Origin: an uncultured Acidobacteriota bacterium
GTDB taxonomy: Bacteria; Acidobacteriota; Polarisedimenticolia; J045
DNA length: 64,000 bases
Assembly (NCBI GenBank): GCA_963702425.1
Contig: CAVPCQ010000036.1
Location: forward strand, 13,937-77,936
Direction of reading: 5' to 3'
Below are positions 1-10,100 of the stretch, piece after piece. The notes below the pieces were generated by a model that worked only from the letters and a program-made list of their open reading frames with translations, made no database searches and was not told where the DNA came from. The translations under genes and the position numbers were made by a program. Every line of letters begins with the position of its first letter. Within the stretch, counting starts at the first letter, position 1.

Positions 1-2042
1 GCCTGGTTGCTCTCGGCCCGCCAGTCGGCGTTGACCGGCGTCCCGCTCGGCCGCGCCCCGCCGCGGTTCAGTCCCTGCGCCGACCCGAACCACGCGAACG
101 CCGCCCCTTCGGCCGCCTCACCGTTCCCGAACGTCGAAGCGCCCACGACCACGTCAGCGTACCCGTCGCCGTTCACGTCCCCCGCCGTCGCCGCCGCGAT
201 CCCGAACGCCGCCGAGGCCTGGTCCGACTCGGCCCTCCAGTCGGCGTTGGCCGGCGTCCCCGACGGCCGCGCGCCGCCCGCGTCGAGCCCGCTCGCTCCG
301 CCGTGGAAGACGAAGATCGACCCCTCGTCGACGTGGTCGCGGTCGTAGAGGTCCGCACCGACGATCACGTCGGCGTAGCCGTCGCCGTTGACGTCGCCGG
401 CCGTCGACACGGCCGACCCGAACCCGGCCACCGACTGCTCGCCGCGCGCCGTCCAGTCGGCGCTCGCACCCGGCCCCGAGGCCGAGCCGTGGAAGACGAA
501 CACCTTCCCTTCCGCCACCTCCGTCTCGGTGTACTCGCTCGCGCCGACGATCACGTCGGCGTAGCCGTCCGCGTTGACGTCGCCCGCGGTCGCCACCGCG
601 CCGCCGAACGCCGCCGAGTCCTGGTTCCCCTGCGCGGTCCAGGCCGGCGTCGCAGACAGTCCGCTCGCCGAGCCGAGGAACACCGACGCCGACCCCTCGT
701 CGACCTCGCCGTCGCCGAAACGCGGCGCGCCGACGATCAGGTCGGAGTAACCGTCGCCGTTCGCGTCTCCGGCCGTCGCCACCGCCGCCCCGAACCACGC
801 GCTCGACTGTGCCCCCAGCGCGGTCCAGTCGGCATTGACCGGCGTCCCCGAGGGTCGCGTCCCGGATCGGTCGAGCCCCGTCGCCGACCCGAGGAAGACG
901 AACGCCGCCCCCTGATCGGTCTTTCCGGCGTCGAACTGCCGCGCGCCGACGACCAGGTCGGAGTAACCGTCACCGTTCACATCGCCGGCCGTCGCCACCG
1001 CGACGCCGAAGAGCGCCACCGCCTGGTCGGCCTCGGCCGTCCACGCCGCGCTCGCCGACAGCCCGCCGGCCGAGCCGTGGTGGACGAAGACCCGCCCCTC
1101 GTCGGTCTGCCCGCCGTCGAACCGGTGCGCGGCGACGGCCACGTCCGAGAACCCGTCCCCGTTGACGTCGCCGGCGGTGGCGACCGCCCAGCCCAGGTTG
1201 GCCAGCACCTGGTTCCCCTCCGCGGTCCACGAGGGGCTGGTGAGCAGCGGATCGATCGTCAGCGGGTAGACCGCATCGCTGTCCTCCACCACGATCGCCA
1301 GCCCCGGACCGGAGTCCGCAGGATGCCCTTCCGCCCGCCCCTCCAGCCGCGCCGCGATCTCCCGCCCCGTCGCGTCCGTCACGCGCAGCCCGCCGTAGCG
1401 CAGCACCCGCACCCCGCCGCGTACGAAATCGACCACCGACCCGTCCGCCGCGAACGACGGCACCGTGTCGCCGCGCAGGGCCAGCGTCAGCACCAGCGAA
1501 CCCTGCTCACCCGCGGCCGGCCGCGCCGCGATCGTGAACCCCTGCTCCAGCCCCTTCGGGTCGTTGACGTACCACTCGACGACCGCTCCGCGGCGGTACT
1601 CCACCCGGTTCCCGTCGACCACGAGCTGCGCCGGCGCGGCCGCAACAACGTCGGCCCCCGCGCGCCCCAGGCCGACGAGCGCGATCCCCCACTCCCACCC
1701 CGACTCGTCCTCGCTGCGCGGCACCACCCTCACCCCCGAGGCCGCGAAGGAGGAGCGGAAGCCGTTCGCACGGTTGGGCGCCTGGTAGGCAGCCTCCCCG
1801 CTCGTCTCCGACGATGTCCCTTCGTCCCGCGTGACCGCGTACTCCGACGCCGCGATCGAGCGCGAGACCTCGCTCCACCATTCCGGGCTGTCCGCCGCGG
1901 CCGGCGGCAGCGGCGAGACCTCAGGTGGGACGGGTTCCGCGGCCGTGGCCGCTGCCACCGCACCGCTCGCCGCACCGACCAGGACAAGAACCAACGCCAG
2001 GACGCCCCACAGACCCCGACCGCGAAGCAGAGAACCCCTCAT
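1..2042 (-). CDS. Secreted FG-GAP (integrin-alpha-like beta-propeller) repeat protein, truncated by the left edge of the window
   Basis: Translated by hand because it is absent from the ORF track. ATG at 2042, signal peptide MRGSLLRGRGLWGVLALVLVLVGAASG, an N-terminal domain (EWYVNDPKGLEQGFTI...AVYPLTIDP), then repeats of FGxAVATAGDVNGDGYSDxxVGA...GxAFVFxGS. Confidence 0.9.
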   Translation of the reverse strand, partial: MRGSLLRGRGLWGVLALVLVLVGAASGAVAAATAAEPVPPEVSPLPPAAADSPEWWSEVSRSIAASEYAVTRDEGTSSETSGEAAYQAPNRANGFRSSFAASGVRVVPRSEDESGWEWGIALVGLGRAGADVVAAAPAQLVVDGNRVEYRRGAVVEWYVNDPKGLEQGFTIAARPAAGEQGSLVLTLALRGDTVPSFAADGSVVDFVRGGVRVLRYGGLRVTDATGREIAARLEGRAEGHPADSGPGLAIVVEDSDAVYPLTIDPLLTSPSWTAEGNQVLANLGWAVATAGDVNGDGFSDVAVAAHRFDGGQTDEGRVFVHHGSAGGLSASAAWTAEADQAVALFGVAVATAGDVNGDGYSDLVVGARQFDAGKTDQGAAFVFLGSATGLDRSGTRPSGTPVNADWTALGAQSSAWFGAAVATAGDANGDGYSDLIVGAPRFGDGEVDEGSASVFLGSASGLSATPAWTAQGNQDSAAFGGAVATAGDVNADGYADVIVGASEYTETEVAEGKVFVFHGSASGPGASADWTARGEQSVAGFGSAVSTAGDVNGDGYADVIVGADLYDRDHVDEGSIFVFHGGASGLDAGGARPSGTPANADWRAESDQASAAFGIAAATAGDVNGDGYADVVVGASTFGNGEAAEGAAFAWFGSAQGLNRGGARPSGTPVNADWRAESNQ

Positions 2043-2420
2043 GTCTTGACCCCCAGTGGACTTTGCGCGTGCGTCACCGAACCCAAGCTGCAATCGTCGC
2101 GCTGCGACCGGCGCAACCGGCCCGCTTCCGGGAGTGCGGTCCTCCATGACGAGTCCGCGTCGACGCGGACGCACCCCACCGATCCGTCGCGCAGCGCAGC
2201 ACGAGACTAGCGGCACAGCTCGGACATTACGGAACGACCGAGGCGTCTAATTCGATTCGTCCGGCGTCCGCCACCGTGTGCGCCGCGGTGACCGATGCGT
2301 ACAACGCCTCCCCTGCGGGCGCCCGCTTTCGCTTGCAACAGTCCACCGATCGGCGTACTAACTCGTCGGGAACGTCCGGTCCCGATCCCGCAGCGCCCTC
2401 ATGCGGTAGAAAGGAGAACC

Positions 2421-4035
2421 ATGCGGGATCGCGGTGTGCCGTCGATCGTGACCGCGGGGCGACCGGTTTCCGTCGCCTCGCTGATCCTGGCGCTGACCGT
2501 CCTTTGTGCGCCAGGCACGACCCACGCCGGCGTCATCCCCTCCTTCGAACCCGGGATCTCCCGCGACGACGAGCCGGTCGTGCTCACCGGCAGCAGCCTG
2601 GCCACCCTGCTCGGCACCCCGGTCGACCAGCTTGCGGTCTTCCGCTACGACCCGCCGACCGGGACGTTCGTGCCGATCCCCTTCCAGGTCGACGAGCGGC
2701 TCGACGTCACATTCGATGTCGGGAGGCAGACCGAATTCATCGAGGAGGACATGTACGACGTGCTCCACCTCGACGACGGCCTGCTCGACGACCAGGACGA
2801 GGTCGCCTTCATGTTCAGCGACGGCGGCCCGCAGGCGCCGGCGGGCGCGACGTGGCCCACCGGGACCGGCAATCTGCGCTACGAGACGACGGTCCGCGAC
2901 GATCGCGACCCGGCGCACCCGGTGACCCGCTGGGCCTACCTCTTCGCCGGCTCCGCCCTGCAGCGCTCCCCGACCAGCTACGTCTCGTGGGGCGGCAGCG
3001 CCTCCAGCTCGATCGTCACGTCCGAGTTCTCGCTCGACTACACCGACCGCTGGCTGCTGACCGGGTACCGCGTCGCGTCGCCGTGCGGCAGCGGCGCCGA
3101 CCTGATCGACCGGTTCAAGGTCCGCTCGCGGCCGTTCGGCCTCCCCAGCGTCGACGAGGAGGTCGTGAACCTCAACTCCCAGTACCTCGGCGGGCTGATC
3201 GGCCCGATCCGCGCGCTGCGCTACGTGCGGGGCGCCAAGAGCGGCACGAACACGATCCACTTCGACCGCGTCTCGCGCGGGCGCTGGACCCGGATCGTCC
3301 ACCTGCGGGTGCACCCGCTCCAGCAGTTCGACATCTACTTCGACTGGCTCCCGCGGCCGAACGCGCTGTTCTACCGCGAGGGGTTGGCCGGCCCGGTTCC
3401 GATCGACGGCGTGCCGGACGCCGGGGTGAACTCCAGCTTCGCGGCGTGGAACCTCGTGCGCGGCCCGGGCGGGGGGATGTTCGTCGCCTACGATTTCCCG
3501 CCGTCGCCGCTCTACGGGGAAAGGCGGCTCTACTACCGCGACGACGCGTCCTACAACGACGCACCGGGGGGGGCCGGCACCTACCCCGACGACGACGACT
3601 CGGCCTACGGCACGCACGGCCTCTCCGTCCTGAACGTGCTGGACTCCAACTTCGACCCCGTGACCTTCTCCTTCCGCGTCGAGCCGCTCTGCTCGAGCGA
3701 GGGGAGCGTCGACCTGGCGCTCAAGCACTTCGAGCTGGTGACGGATCCGCTCGAAATCGAGACCACGCCGCAGAGCCCGGCGCTGGGGGCCGTGCGCGGG
3801 CTCGTCGTGCAGCGGGACGGGATCGACGTCGTCGTGAGTTGGCCCGCGGCCTCCGGCGCCGCGGCGTACCACCTGTACAGCACCCGCTCGCTCAGCCCTC
3901 CCTTCGGCTCGTGGACGCTCGAGGAAGATCTCACGGCAACCACCTAGTCGCGACGAAGGGGAAGCCGGGAGGACCGGCGCGAAGGCCTACTCGGTCGTTC
4001 CCGTGGCACCCGACGGCACCGAGGGGATCTGGTAG
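2421..4035 (+). CDS. Secreted hypothetical protein with an Fn3-like C-terminus; probable 1-nt frameshift near 3945
   Basis: AAGGAG SD at 2411-2416, ATG at 2421, signal peptide ending THA. The frame stops at 3947, but the +1 frame continues SRDEGEAGRTGAKAYSVVPVAPDGTEGIW* to 4035 and completes an Fn3-like fold. Confidence 0.65.
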
Positions 4036-4043
4036 CTACGGGG

Positions 4044-4880
4044 CTACGGGAAGGTGATCAGCCCCAGGTACCAGCGCACGACCGGCTCCCCGTATAGCGC
4101 GAAGAGTGCCGCCGCCGGCGCCAGGAAGCAGCCGAACGGCAGCTCGCGCGTCATCGTCCAGCGTCCCCCCAGCAGAAACGGCAGCGCGACCAGCGTCCCC
4201 ACCAGCGAGCCGCCGAAGATCGTCACCACCACCCCCGGGATCCCCAGGTAGGCCCCGACGGCCGCCATCAGCTTGAGGTCGCCGCCGCCGAGCGCCTCGC
4301 GCCGGAAGAGCGTCTGCCAGAGCCAGCCGACCAGGAACAGCGCCCCGAACCCGGCCAGCGCCCCGGCCAGCGCGGTCGCGAGGCGCGGCCCCGCCGTCCC
4401 CGGCCCGAGCGCGATCCGCGCCAGGTCCAGCCGCCCGTTCCACGGCGCCGAGACCAGCCCCAGCACCACCAGGGGCAGCGTGATCCGGTCGGGCAGCAGC
4501 TTGTGGTCCCAGTCGGTGAAGAAGAGCGCCAGCATCGCCGACAGGAACGGCAGCAGCACCAGCGTCTCGACGGTGATCCCGTAGCGCCACCCGGCGGCCA
4601 GCCAGAGCGCCGCGTTCCCGGCCTCGACCAGCGGATAGCGGGCCGCGATCGGCGCGCGGCAGGCCGCGCACTTCCCGCCCAGCGCGAGCCACGAGAGGAC
4701 CGGGATGTTGTGGTACCAGGCGATCGGCGCGCCGCAGGCCGGGCAGGCCGAGCGCGGCCGCACGACCGAGCGCCGCAACGGCACGCGGTAGATCACCACG
4801 TTGAGGAACGAGCCGACCAGCAGTCCGACGAGGCCGAGCAGCACGAACCCCTCGATCCGCAGCACTTGGGCCGGGGTCAC
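4044..4880 (-). CDS. pilD: Prepilin peptidase/N-methyltransferase
   Basis: GSFLNVVIYRVP, RSACPAC, GKCAAC, catalytic FTDWDH and GGGDLKL, LPFGCFL. GTG start overlaps the upstream stop codon. Confidence 0.95.
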   Translation of the reverse strand: MTPAQVLRIEGFVLLGLVGLLVGSFLNVVIYRVPLRRSVVRPRSACPACGAPIAWYHNIPVLSWLALGGKCAACRAPIAARYPLVEAGNAALWLAAGWRYGITVETLVLLPFLSAMLALFFTDWDHKLLPDRITLPLVVLGLVSAPWNGRLDLARIALGPGTAGPRLATALAGALAGFGALFLVGWLWQTLFRREALGGGDLKLMAAVGAYLGIPGVVVTIFGGSLVGTLVALPFLLGGRWTMTRELPFGCFLAPAAALFALYGEPVVRWYLGLITFP

Positions 4881-5725
4881 GGCTGCCTCTGGAAGCTCTG
4901 CCCCGGCGCCGGCAGCACGGTGCAGGTCGCCCGGTCGAGGTGGAACGGGGTTCCCGCCGCGTCGACCGGCAGCTCCGCCAGGAGGCCGGCCTGGACCAGC
5001 GCGTCGAGCGCCGGTGGGCAGCCGCCGCGCTGCGCGCGCCAGGCCTCGACCGCCTGGCCGGCGCGCTGCAGCTCGAACTGCACGCGCGTCCTCTCGTACC
5101 ACTGCGCGACGACCTTGCGCGTGCTCTCGTCGGTGGTCTGGTCGAGGATCGCGCGGTATTCGGCCAGCGCCGCTGCGACGTCCCCTTCCTTCTCCAGCAT
5201 CCGGGCCGCCAGGCGCATCAACTGCGGCGGCGCTTGCGGCATCTTCGAAGCCCGCGCCCAGTAGTCGCGCGCGCAGCCGTAGTTCCTGATCCCATAGCAC
5301 TCCCAGCCGGCCCAGTAGGCCAGCTCCCAGTTGTCCGGGTTCAGCGAAAGCCCCTTGTCGAACAGGCGGAGCGCACGCTGCGGGTCCCTGGCCTCCATCG
5401 ACATGATCATCGAACCGACCAGGTAGGGCTCGACGTAGCGCGGGTCCAGCTCGGTGATCGCACCGTTGAAGACCTGCTCGAGGTAGTCGTAGCGCGTCGC
5501 GTCTTCGTAGTTGGAGTAGTACTGGATCGACCAGATGTAGAGCAGGTCGGCCAGCGTCTCCTCCTGCCCCAGCGCCAGGGCCCGCAGGAACGGCCCCTTC
5601 GGCAGGTAGAGCAGCGAGGGGGGGACGCGCTCCCCTCCGGCGGCCTCGAGCCGTGCGCGGGCGCCGAGCACGACGCCGGCCAGGACGACGCACAGCGCGA
5701 CGATCGCGAGCGTGCGCCGGATCAC
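4877..5725 (-). CDS. Membrane-anchored TPR protein of pilus loci (XapA/PilG-like position)
   Basis: N-terminal TM helix, [23 protein letters not shown] helices. Lies between the ABC permease and pilD, coupled by GTGA overlaps. Confidence 0.75.
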   Translation of the reverse strand: MIRRTLAIVALCVVLAGVVLGARARLEAAGGERVPPSLLYLPKGPFLRALALGQEETLADLLYIWSIQYYSNYEDATRYDYLEQVFNGAITELDPRYVEPYLVGSMIMSMEARDPQRALRLFDKGLSLNPDNWELAYWAGWECYGIRNYGCARDYWARASKMPQAPPQLMRLAARMLEKEGDVAAALAEYRAILDQTTDESTRKVVAQWYERTRVQFELQRAGQAVEAWRAQRGGCPPALDALVQAGLLAELPVDAAGTPFHLDRATCTVLPAPGQSFQRQP

Positions 5726-6486
5726 ACCAGGTCCCGCCGCCGGAAGGCGAGGCAGGCGACGACCAGCAGCAGCGCGGCGTACCCCAGCTCGTAGACCGTG
5801 GCGGTCGCGACGCGGTCCCACGGAATTGGCACCCCGTGGACCGCCAGCGCCCGCACGTCGCCGTACTCCAGGTCGGGCAGCGCGAAGTAGACCGCCCCGA
5901 CCAGCGCGCGGAACGCCCCCGCCGGCAGCCGCTCCTGCAGGAGCGGCAGGGCCCAGGCGAGGTGCCCGACGAGATAGACGGCCGCGGTGAACAGCGCGGC
6001 GAAGATCGGCGTCGAGAAAGACGAGAAGAAGACCGCCGCGGCGGTGATGAACATCAGCTCGACCCAGAGCATGAAGACCGCAACCAGCAGCGAGGCCGTG
6101 AACTCCCCGCGCAGCGCGACCAGCCCCAGCAGCGCCGCGGCCATCACGGCGACCATGATCGTGATCGCCGCCGCCAGGCCGAGGTACTTCCCCAGCAGGT
6201 ACTCCCAGCGCGCGATCGGCGTCGAGAGGGTCACCTGCACCGTCCGCCGCTCCATCTCGCGGAAGATGATCCCGACCCCGACGAACAGCGCGATCAGCAG
6301 ACCGAAGACGTTGATCGCCGACAGCCCGACGTCCTTGATGATCTTCCCCCCCTCGCCGACGGTCAGCAGCGAGAGGGTCCGCGACAGCGCGATCAGCGCC
6401 AGCGCGAAGATCAGCAGCAGGTAGAGGATCCGGTGGCGGATCGCCTCCGCCAGGGTGGCCTGCGCGACGGCCAGCAGGCGCCTCAT
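5722..6486 (-). CDS. ABC transporter permease (PilI/Xap-like)
   Basis: About 6 TM helices, [29 protein letters not shown]-terminal FRRRDL. Confidence 0.9.
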   Translation of the reverse strand: MRRLLAVAQATLAEAIRHRILYLLLIFALALIALSRTLSLLTVGEGGKIIKDVGLSAINVFGLLIALFVGVGIIFREMERRTVQVTLSTPIARWEYLLGKYLGLAAAITIMVAVMAAALLGLVALRGEFTASLLVAVFMLWVELMFITAAAVFFSSFSTPIFAALFTAAVYLVGHLAWALPLLQERLPAGAFRALVGAVYFALPDLEYGDVRALAVHGVPIPWDRVATATVYELGYAALLLVVACLAFRRRDLV

Positions 6487-7460
6487 GGGGCCCCCGCGGC
6501 GCGGCCGGGCACCGGCTCGTCGGCCAGCGTCCTCAGGAACAGGTCCTCCAGCGTCTCGCGCTGCGGCGTGAGCATCACCGGGTGGGCCCCGGCGGCGCGA
6601 ACGGCGGCGAAGATCTCCTCGGCCTCGCGCGTCGCCGGGAAGCGCCAGAGCCGCTCGTCGCCCCGCTCGGAGACCAGCTCCGCCCCGGCCACCGCGCCGC
6701 CGCCGCGGGTCTCGGCCTCCCAGCCGCGCACGCGGCGCGAGGCGAACAGCTCGCTGACGGTTTCCAGCGCCCGCAGCTTCCCGTCCTTCAGGATGGCCAC
6801 CCGGTCGCAGAGCATCTCGGCGTCGGTCAGCACGTGCGAGGAGAAGAGGACCGTCGTCCCTTGCTCCCGCAGCGCCAGGATCAGGTCGCGGAACTCGCGC
6901 CGGCCGACCGGGTCGAGCCCGCTCATCGGCTCGTCGAGGATCACGAAGCGCGGCCGCGCGACCAGTGCGCGCGCCATCCCCGCGCGCTGCACCATCCCCT
7001 TGGAGTACTTGCGCAGCTTGCGGTCGGCGGCCGCCGCCAGCCCGACCTGCTCGAGCAGCCCGCCCGCGCGGGCGCGCAGTTCGGCCGCCGGCAGGCCGTG
7101 AAGCCGCCCCGCGAACTCGACCAGCTCGAGGCCGGTCAGGTCGTCCGGGAAGTAGGGCGATTCGGGCAGGTAGCCGGTGCCGCGGCGCGCGGCGGGGTCG
7201 GCGGCGGAGAGGCCGCGGAGCGTCACCTCGCCGGCATCGGGGAAGATCAGGCCGAGAGCGAGCTTGATCGCGGTCGTCTTGCCGGCGCCGTTGGGGCCGA
7301 GCAGCCCGAGGATCTCGCCGGCGCGGACCTCCAGCGCGAAGCCGTCGAGGGACTTGAACGGCCGCTGCCAGAAGTGCGTCTTGTAGCTCTTGCTGACCCC
7401 CCGGTAGACGAGAGGGGCTGGACCGTCCATGGCATCGCTCCCCGGCAAGCCGCGCTCCAT
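6483..7460 (-). CDS. ABC transporter ATP-binding protein (PilH/XapD-like)
   Basis: Walker A GPNGAGKT, signature YSKGMVQR, Walker [14 protein letters not shown] loop. Confidence 0.92.
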   Translation of the reverse strand: MERGLPGSDAMDGPAPLVYRGVSKSYKTHFWQRPFKSLDGFALEVRAGEILGLLGPNGAGKTTAIKLALGLIFPDAGEVTLRGLSAADPAARRGTGYLPESPYFPDDLTGLELVEFAGRLHGLPAAELRARAGGLLEQVGLAAAADRKLRKYSKGMVQRAGMARALVARPRFVILDEPMSGLDPVGRREFRDLILALREQGTTVLFSSHVLTDAEMLCDRVAILKDGKLRALETVSELFASRRVRGWEAETRGGGAVAGAELVSERGDERLWRFPATREAEEIFAAVRAAGAHPVMLTPQRETLEDLFLRTLADEPVPGRAAGAP

Positions 7461-7490
7461 GAAAGACTTATGCCCCTCGAAGGGGGCGTG

Positions 7491-8708
7491 TCAAGCGGCG
7501 CTCCGCGCGGCCGGTCCCGCTGCCGGGAGGCCTGCTTCGCGGGCCAGCCGCAGGTACAGCGCCTCCTGCTGCCGGACCATCTCGGCGATGTCCCAGCGCG
7601 GCGCGTCGGCCGCCGCGGCCTCCCCCATCCGGCGCCGCCGTCCGGGGTCGGCCAGCAGCGCGGCGATCGCCGCCCCCAGCTGCGCGGGATCGCCCGGCGG
7701 ACAGAGCAGGCCCGTCACGCCGTCCTGGACCGCCTCCGGCGTGCCGTCGACCGCGGTCGCCACGATCGGCACGCCGGCCGCCATCGCCTCGGGGACGACC
7801 ATCGGGAGCCCCTCGTGCAGCGACGACAGCACGAACAGGTCGAGGTCGCCGACGACCACTTCCGGGTCGCGCCGCCAGCCGAGCAGGTGGAAGCGATCGG
7901 CGATCCCGGCCTCGGCCGCCGCGCGCTCGACCTCGGGCCGCAGCACGCCGTCGCCGACCAGCACGAAGTGCGCACCCGGGACGCGCCCCGCGGCGTGGGC
8001 CGCGGCGCGCACGTAGTCGAGCGGCGCCTTCTGCGGCTTGAGGCAGCCGACCATCCCGGCCAGCGGCGTCGCCTCCGTCAGCCCCAGCTCGGCCCGCAGC
8101 CGCCCGGTGCGCCGCGCGCCGGCGAAGCGCGCCGTGTGCACCCCCGGCCGGATGATCGCGAAGGCCTCGTACGGTGCGATCTCCTCGCGGGCGCCGGCGC
8201 GGGCGTTGGCCGCCGAGACCGCGACGAGCTGCGTCGTCAGCCGCGCCGCGGCGCGCTCGAGCCCGACGTAGAGCGCGTGCGCGCGGCGCGATTGCCAGGG
8301 GTGGAAGCCCCAGCCGTGCACGGTGTGGACGACGATCGGCACACCGGCCGCAACCGCCGCGAGACGCCCCAGGATCCCGGCCTTGGACGAGTTGGTGTGG
8401 ACGATGTCGGGCCGCTCGCGGCGGAACAGCCCGACCAGCTCGGCGAAGGCCAGCGCGTCGTCGGCCGGGCGGACCTCGCGCACGAGGTGCGGCACGGAGA
8501 AGAACCGGGCGCCTTCGATCCGGCGCGCGTCGTCGTCGAGCAGCCCGCCCGGTCCGGCCGCCAGGCGCGGCGCGAAGCGGCGGCGATCGAGCCGGGCGAC
8601 GCTGTCGAGCGTCAGCTCCTGTGCCCCGCCCAGCTCGAGCATCGTGATCAGCTGCAGGACGCCGAGCGGGCGGTTGTCCGCGCGCGTCGGCTGCGCGACT
8701 TCGCTCAT
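7491..8708 (-). CDS. Glycosyltransferase family 4 (GT-B)
   Basis: LELGGAQ, HTNSSKAG, HTVHG, EGLPMVVPEAMAAG. ATG at 8708 overlaps the upstream stop. Confidence 0.92.
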   Translation of the reverse strand: MSEVAQPTRADNRPLGVLQLITMLELGGAQELTLDSVARLDRRRFAPRLAAGPGGLLDDDARRIEGARFFSVPHLVREVRPADDALAFAELVGLFRRERPDIVHTNSSKAGILGRLAAVAAGVPIVVHTVHGWGFHPWQSRRAHALYVGLERAAARLTTQLVAVSAANARAGAREEIAPYEAFAIIRPGVHTARFAGARRTGRLRAELGLTEATPLAGMVGCLKPQKAPLDYVRAAAHAAGRVPGAHFVLVGDGVLRPEVERAAAEAGIADRFHLLGWRRDPEVVVGDLDLFVLSSLHEGLPMVVPEAMAAGVPIVATAVDGTPEAVQDGVTGLLCPPGDPAQLGAAIAALLADPGRRRRMGEAAAADAPRWDIAEMVRQQEALYLRLAREAGLPAAGPAARSAA

Positions 8709-10042
8709 CCGCGCCGCTCCGCCGCGATCGCCTCGGCGGCTTCCTGCCCGTCGAGCAGCGCGCGCTCCATGTAGCTGTAGGTCCAGGCCCCGAAGCGGCC
8801 GATCGAGCGGATCCCAACCTTGGCGAGGCGCCGCATCGCGGCCTCGACCGTCGGCGTGCAGCGGCGGTCGAACAGCACGTAGGCCGGGTCGAGCAGCGCC
8901 GCCTCGGCGTGCACGAGCCGGTCGGCCGGCCGCAGGATCCCGGCCCGCTCGAGCCCGGCACGCGCCTGCGCCACGAGCGACTCCGTCGGCGGCAGCGGCG
9001 TCCCCGGCCGGTGGTGGAACTCGACCGACAGCGACGAGCAGCCGGCCGGCGCCAGCGAGCGCGAGACGTTCGACGGGAAGCCGACGCGGTAGAACGGGAC
9101 GTCCAGGTCGGGGAAGTAGATCCAGTGCGCACCGTCCGCGATCGCCTCGCGCTCGACCCCCAGCTCGAGGTCGACGACCGCGCTCCAGCGCAGCGTCCCC
9201 GCCATCTCGGCCAGCGTCATCCCGAGGCCCGGGCAGCCGTCGACGCCGCGGACCCGCTGCAGCAGGTACGGCAGCGGCAGCGTCGAGACGACCTGCTCGA
9301 ACGGGATCACCTCCCCGCCCTGCAGCACGACGCGCCGCTCCCGGGCGTCGAGTGAGACGACCGCGGCGCCGCAGCGCAGGTCGTCCGCGACGCGTTCGGC
9401 CAGCGCCTCGGCGAGGATCCCGATCCCGCCCTCTTTCGGGTAGCGGAAGCTCGGGTTGTAGCCCATCCCGGCGTTCCTGATCCCCAGCGCGCCGTTGACG
9501 ACCTGCGCCAGATCGGGCCGCGGCACGGCCCACGAGACCCACTCCGAGGTCAGCTCGTCCGGCGCGCAGCCGAAGAGCTTGGTGTTGTACGGGATCATGA
9601 AGCCTTCGGCGATCCCGGCGCCGAAGACGCGCCGCGCCCACTCGCCGAACGGCAGCTCCTCGGGCCGCTCGGGGAGCGGCGTCTTCGCGGCCTCGACGAA
9701 GTCGACGAGCATCGTCGCGACCGCCTCGGGCGGCAGGCCGTGGAGGTTCGCCTGGTAGGGGAAGTCGAGCATCGCCCCCCGGGAGTGGATGAAGGCGCGA
9801 CGCTCGACCTGCATCATCCGCTCCCCGACCAGCTCGTCGACGAAGGCGATCGTCGCGGGGTCGCGCAGGTGCAGGTAGTGGCCGGTGAAGTCGAACGTGA
9901 AGCCGCCGGCGCGGCGCGAGCGCGAGAGGCCGCCCGGGACGGCTTCCTTCTCGAGGACCAGGCGCGGTACCTCCGGCAGCAGGCGCCGCAGGTGGTGCGC
10001 CGTCGCCAGCCCCGCGAGGCCGCCGCCCAGGACCAGGATCAT
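8705..10042 (-). CDS. FAD-dependent oxidoreductase, eukaryote-type UDP-galactopyranose mutase-like
   Basis: GGGLAGL, GGLSRS..GFTFDFTGH, PYNTKL, FRYPKEGG, WIYFPD..PFYR..SN, GRFGAWTY. Confidence 0.7.
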   Translation of the reverse strand: MILVLGGGLAGLATAHHLRRLLPEVPRLVLEKEAVPGGLSRSRRAGGFTFDFTGHYLHLRDPATIAFVDELVGERMMQVERRAFIHSRGAMLDFPYQANLHGLPPEAVATMLVDFVEAAKTPLPERPEELPFGEWARRVFGAGIAEGFMIPYNTKLFGCAPDELTSEWVSWAVPRPDLAQVVNGALGIRNAGMGYNPSFRYPKEGGIGILAEALAERVADDLRCGAAVVSLDARERRVVLQGGEVIPFEQVVSTLPLPYLLQRVRGVDGCPGLGMTLAEMAGTLRWSAVVDLELGVEREAIADGAHWIYFPDLDVPFYRVGFPSNVSRSLAPAGCSSLSVEFHHRPGTPLPPTESLVAQARAGLERAGILRPADRLVHAEAALLDPAYVLFDRRCTPTVEAAMRRLAKVGIRSIGRFGAWTYSYMERALLDGQEAAEAIAAERRG

Positions 10043-10100
10043 CGAGGCTCCGCGCCCGTGCCGGTGCTCGGATCAGTGTCCGGGTGCGTGAGCATCGCGC

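Noticed and set aside
100-1250. Regularly spaced direct repeats (CCGTCGCCGTT..CGTC)
   Set aside because: Coding FG-GAP repeats, degenerate at third positions; not CRISPR, and no cas genes are present.
303-2210. 635-aa plus-strand ORF and many other long Arg/Ala/Pro-rich ORFs (e.g. 11931-16064, 16387-18885, 20397-22946)
   Set aside because: Antisense or off-frame shadows of real genes in high-GC DNA, with no recognisable motifs.
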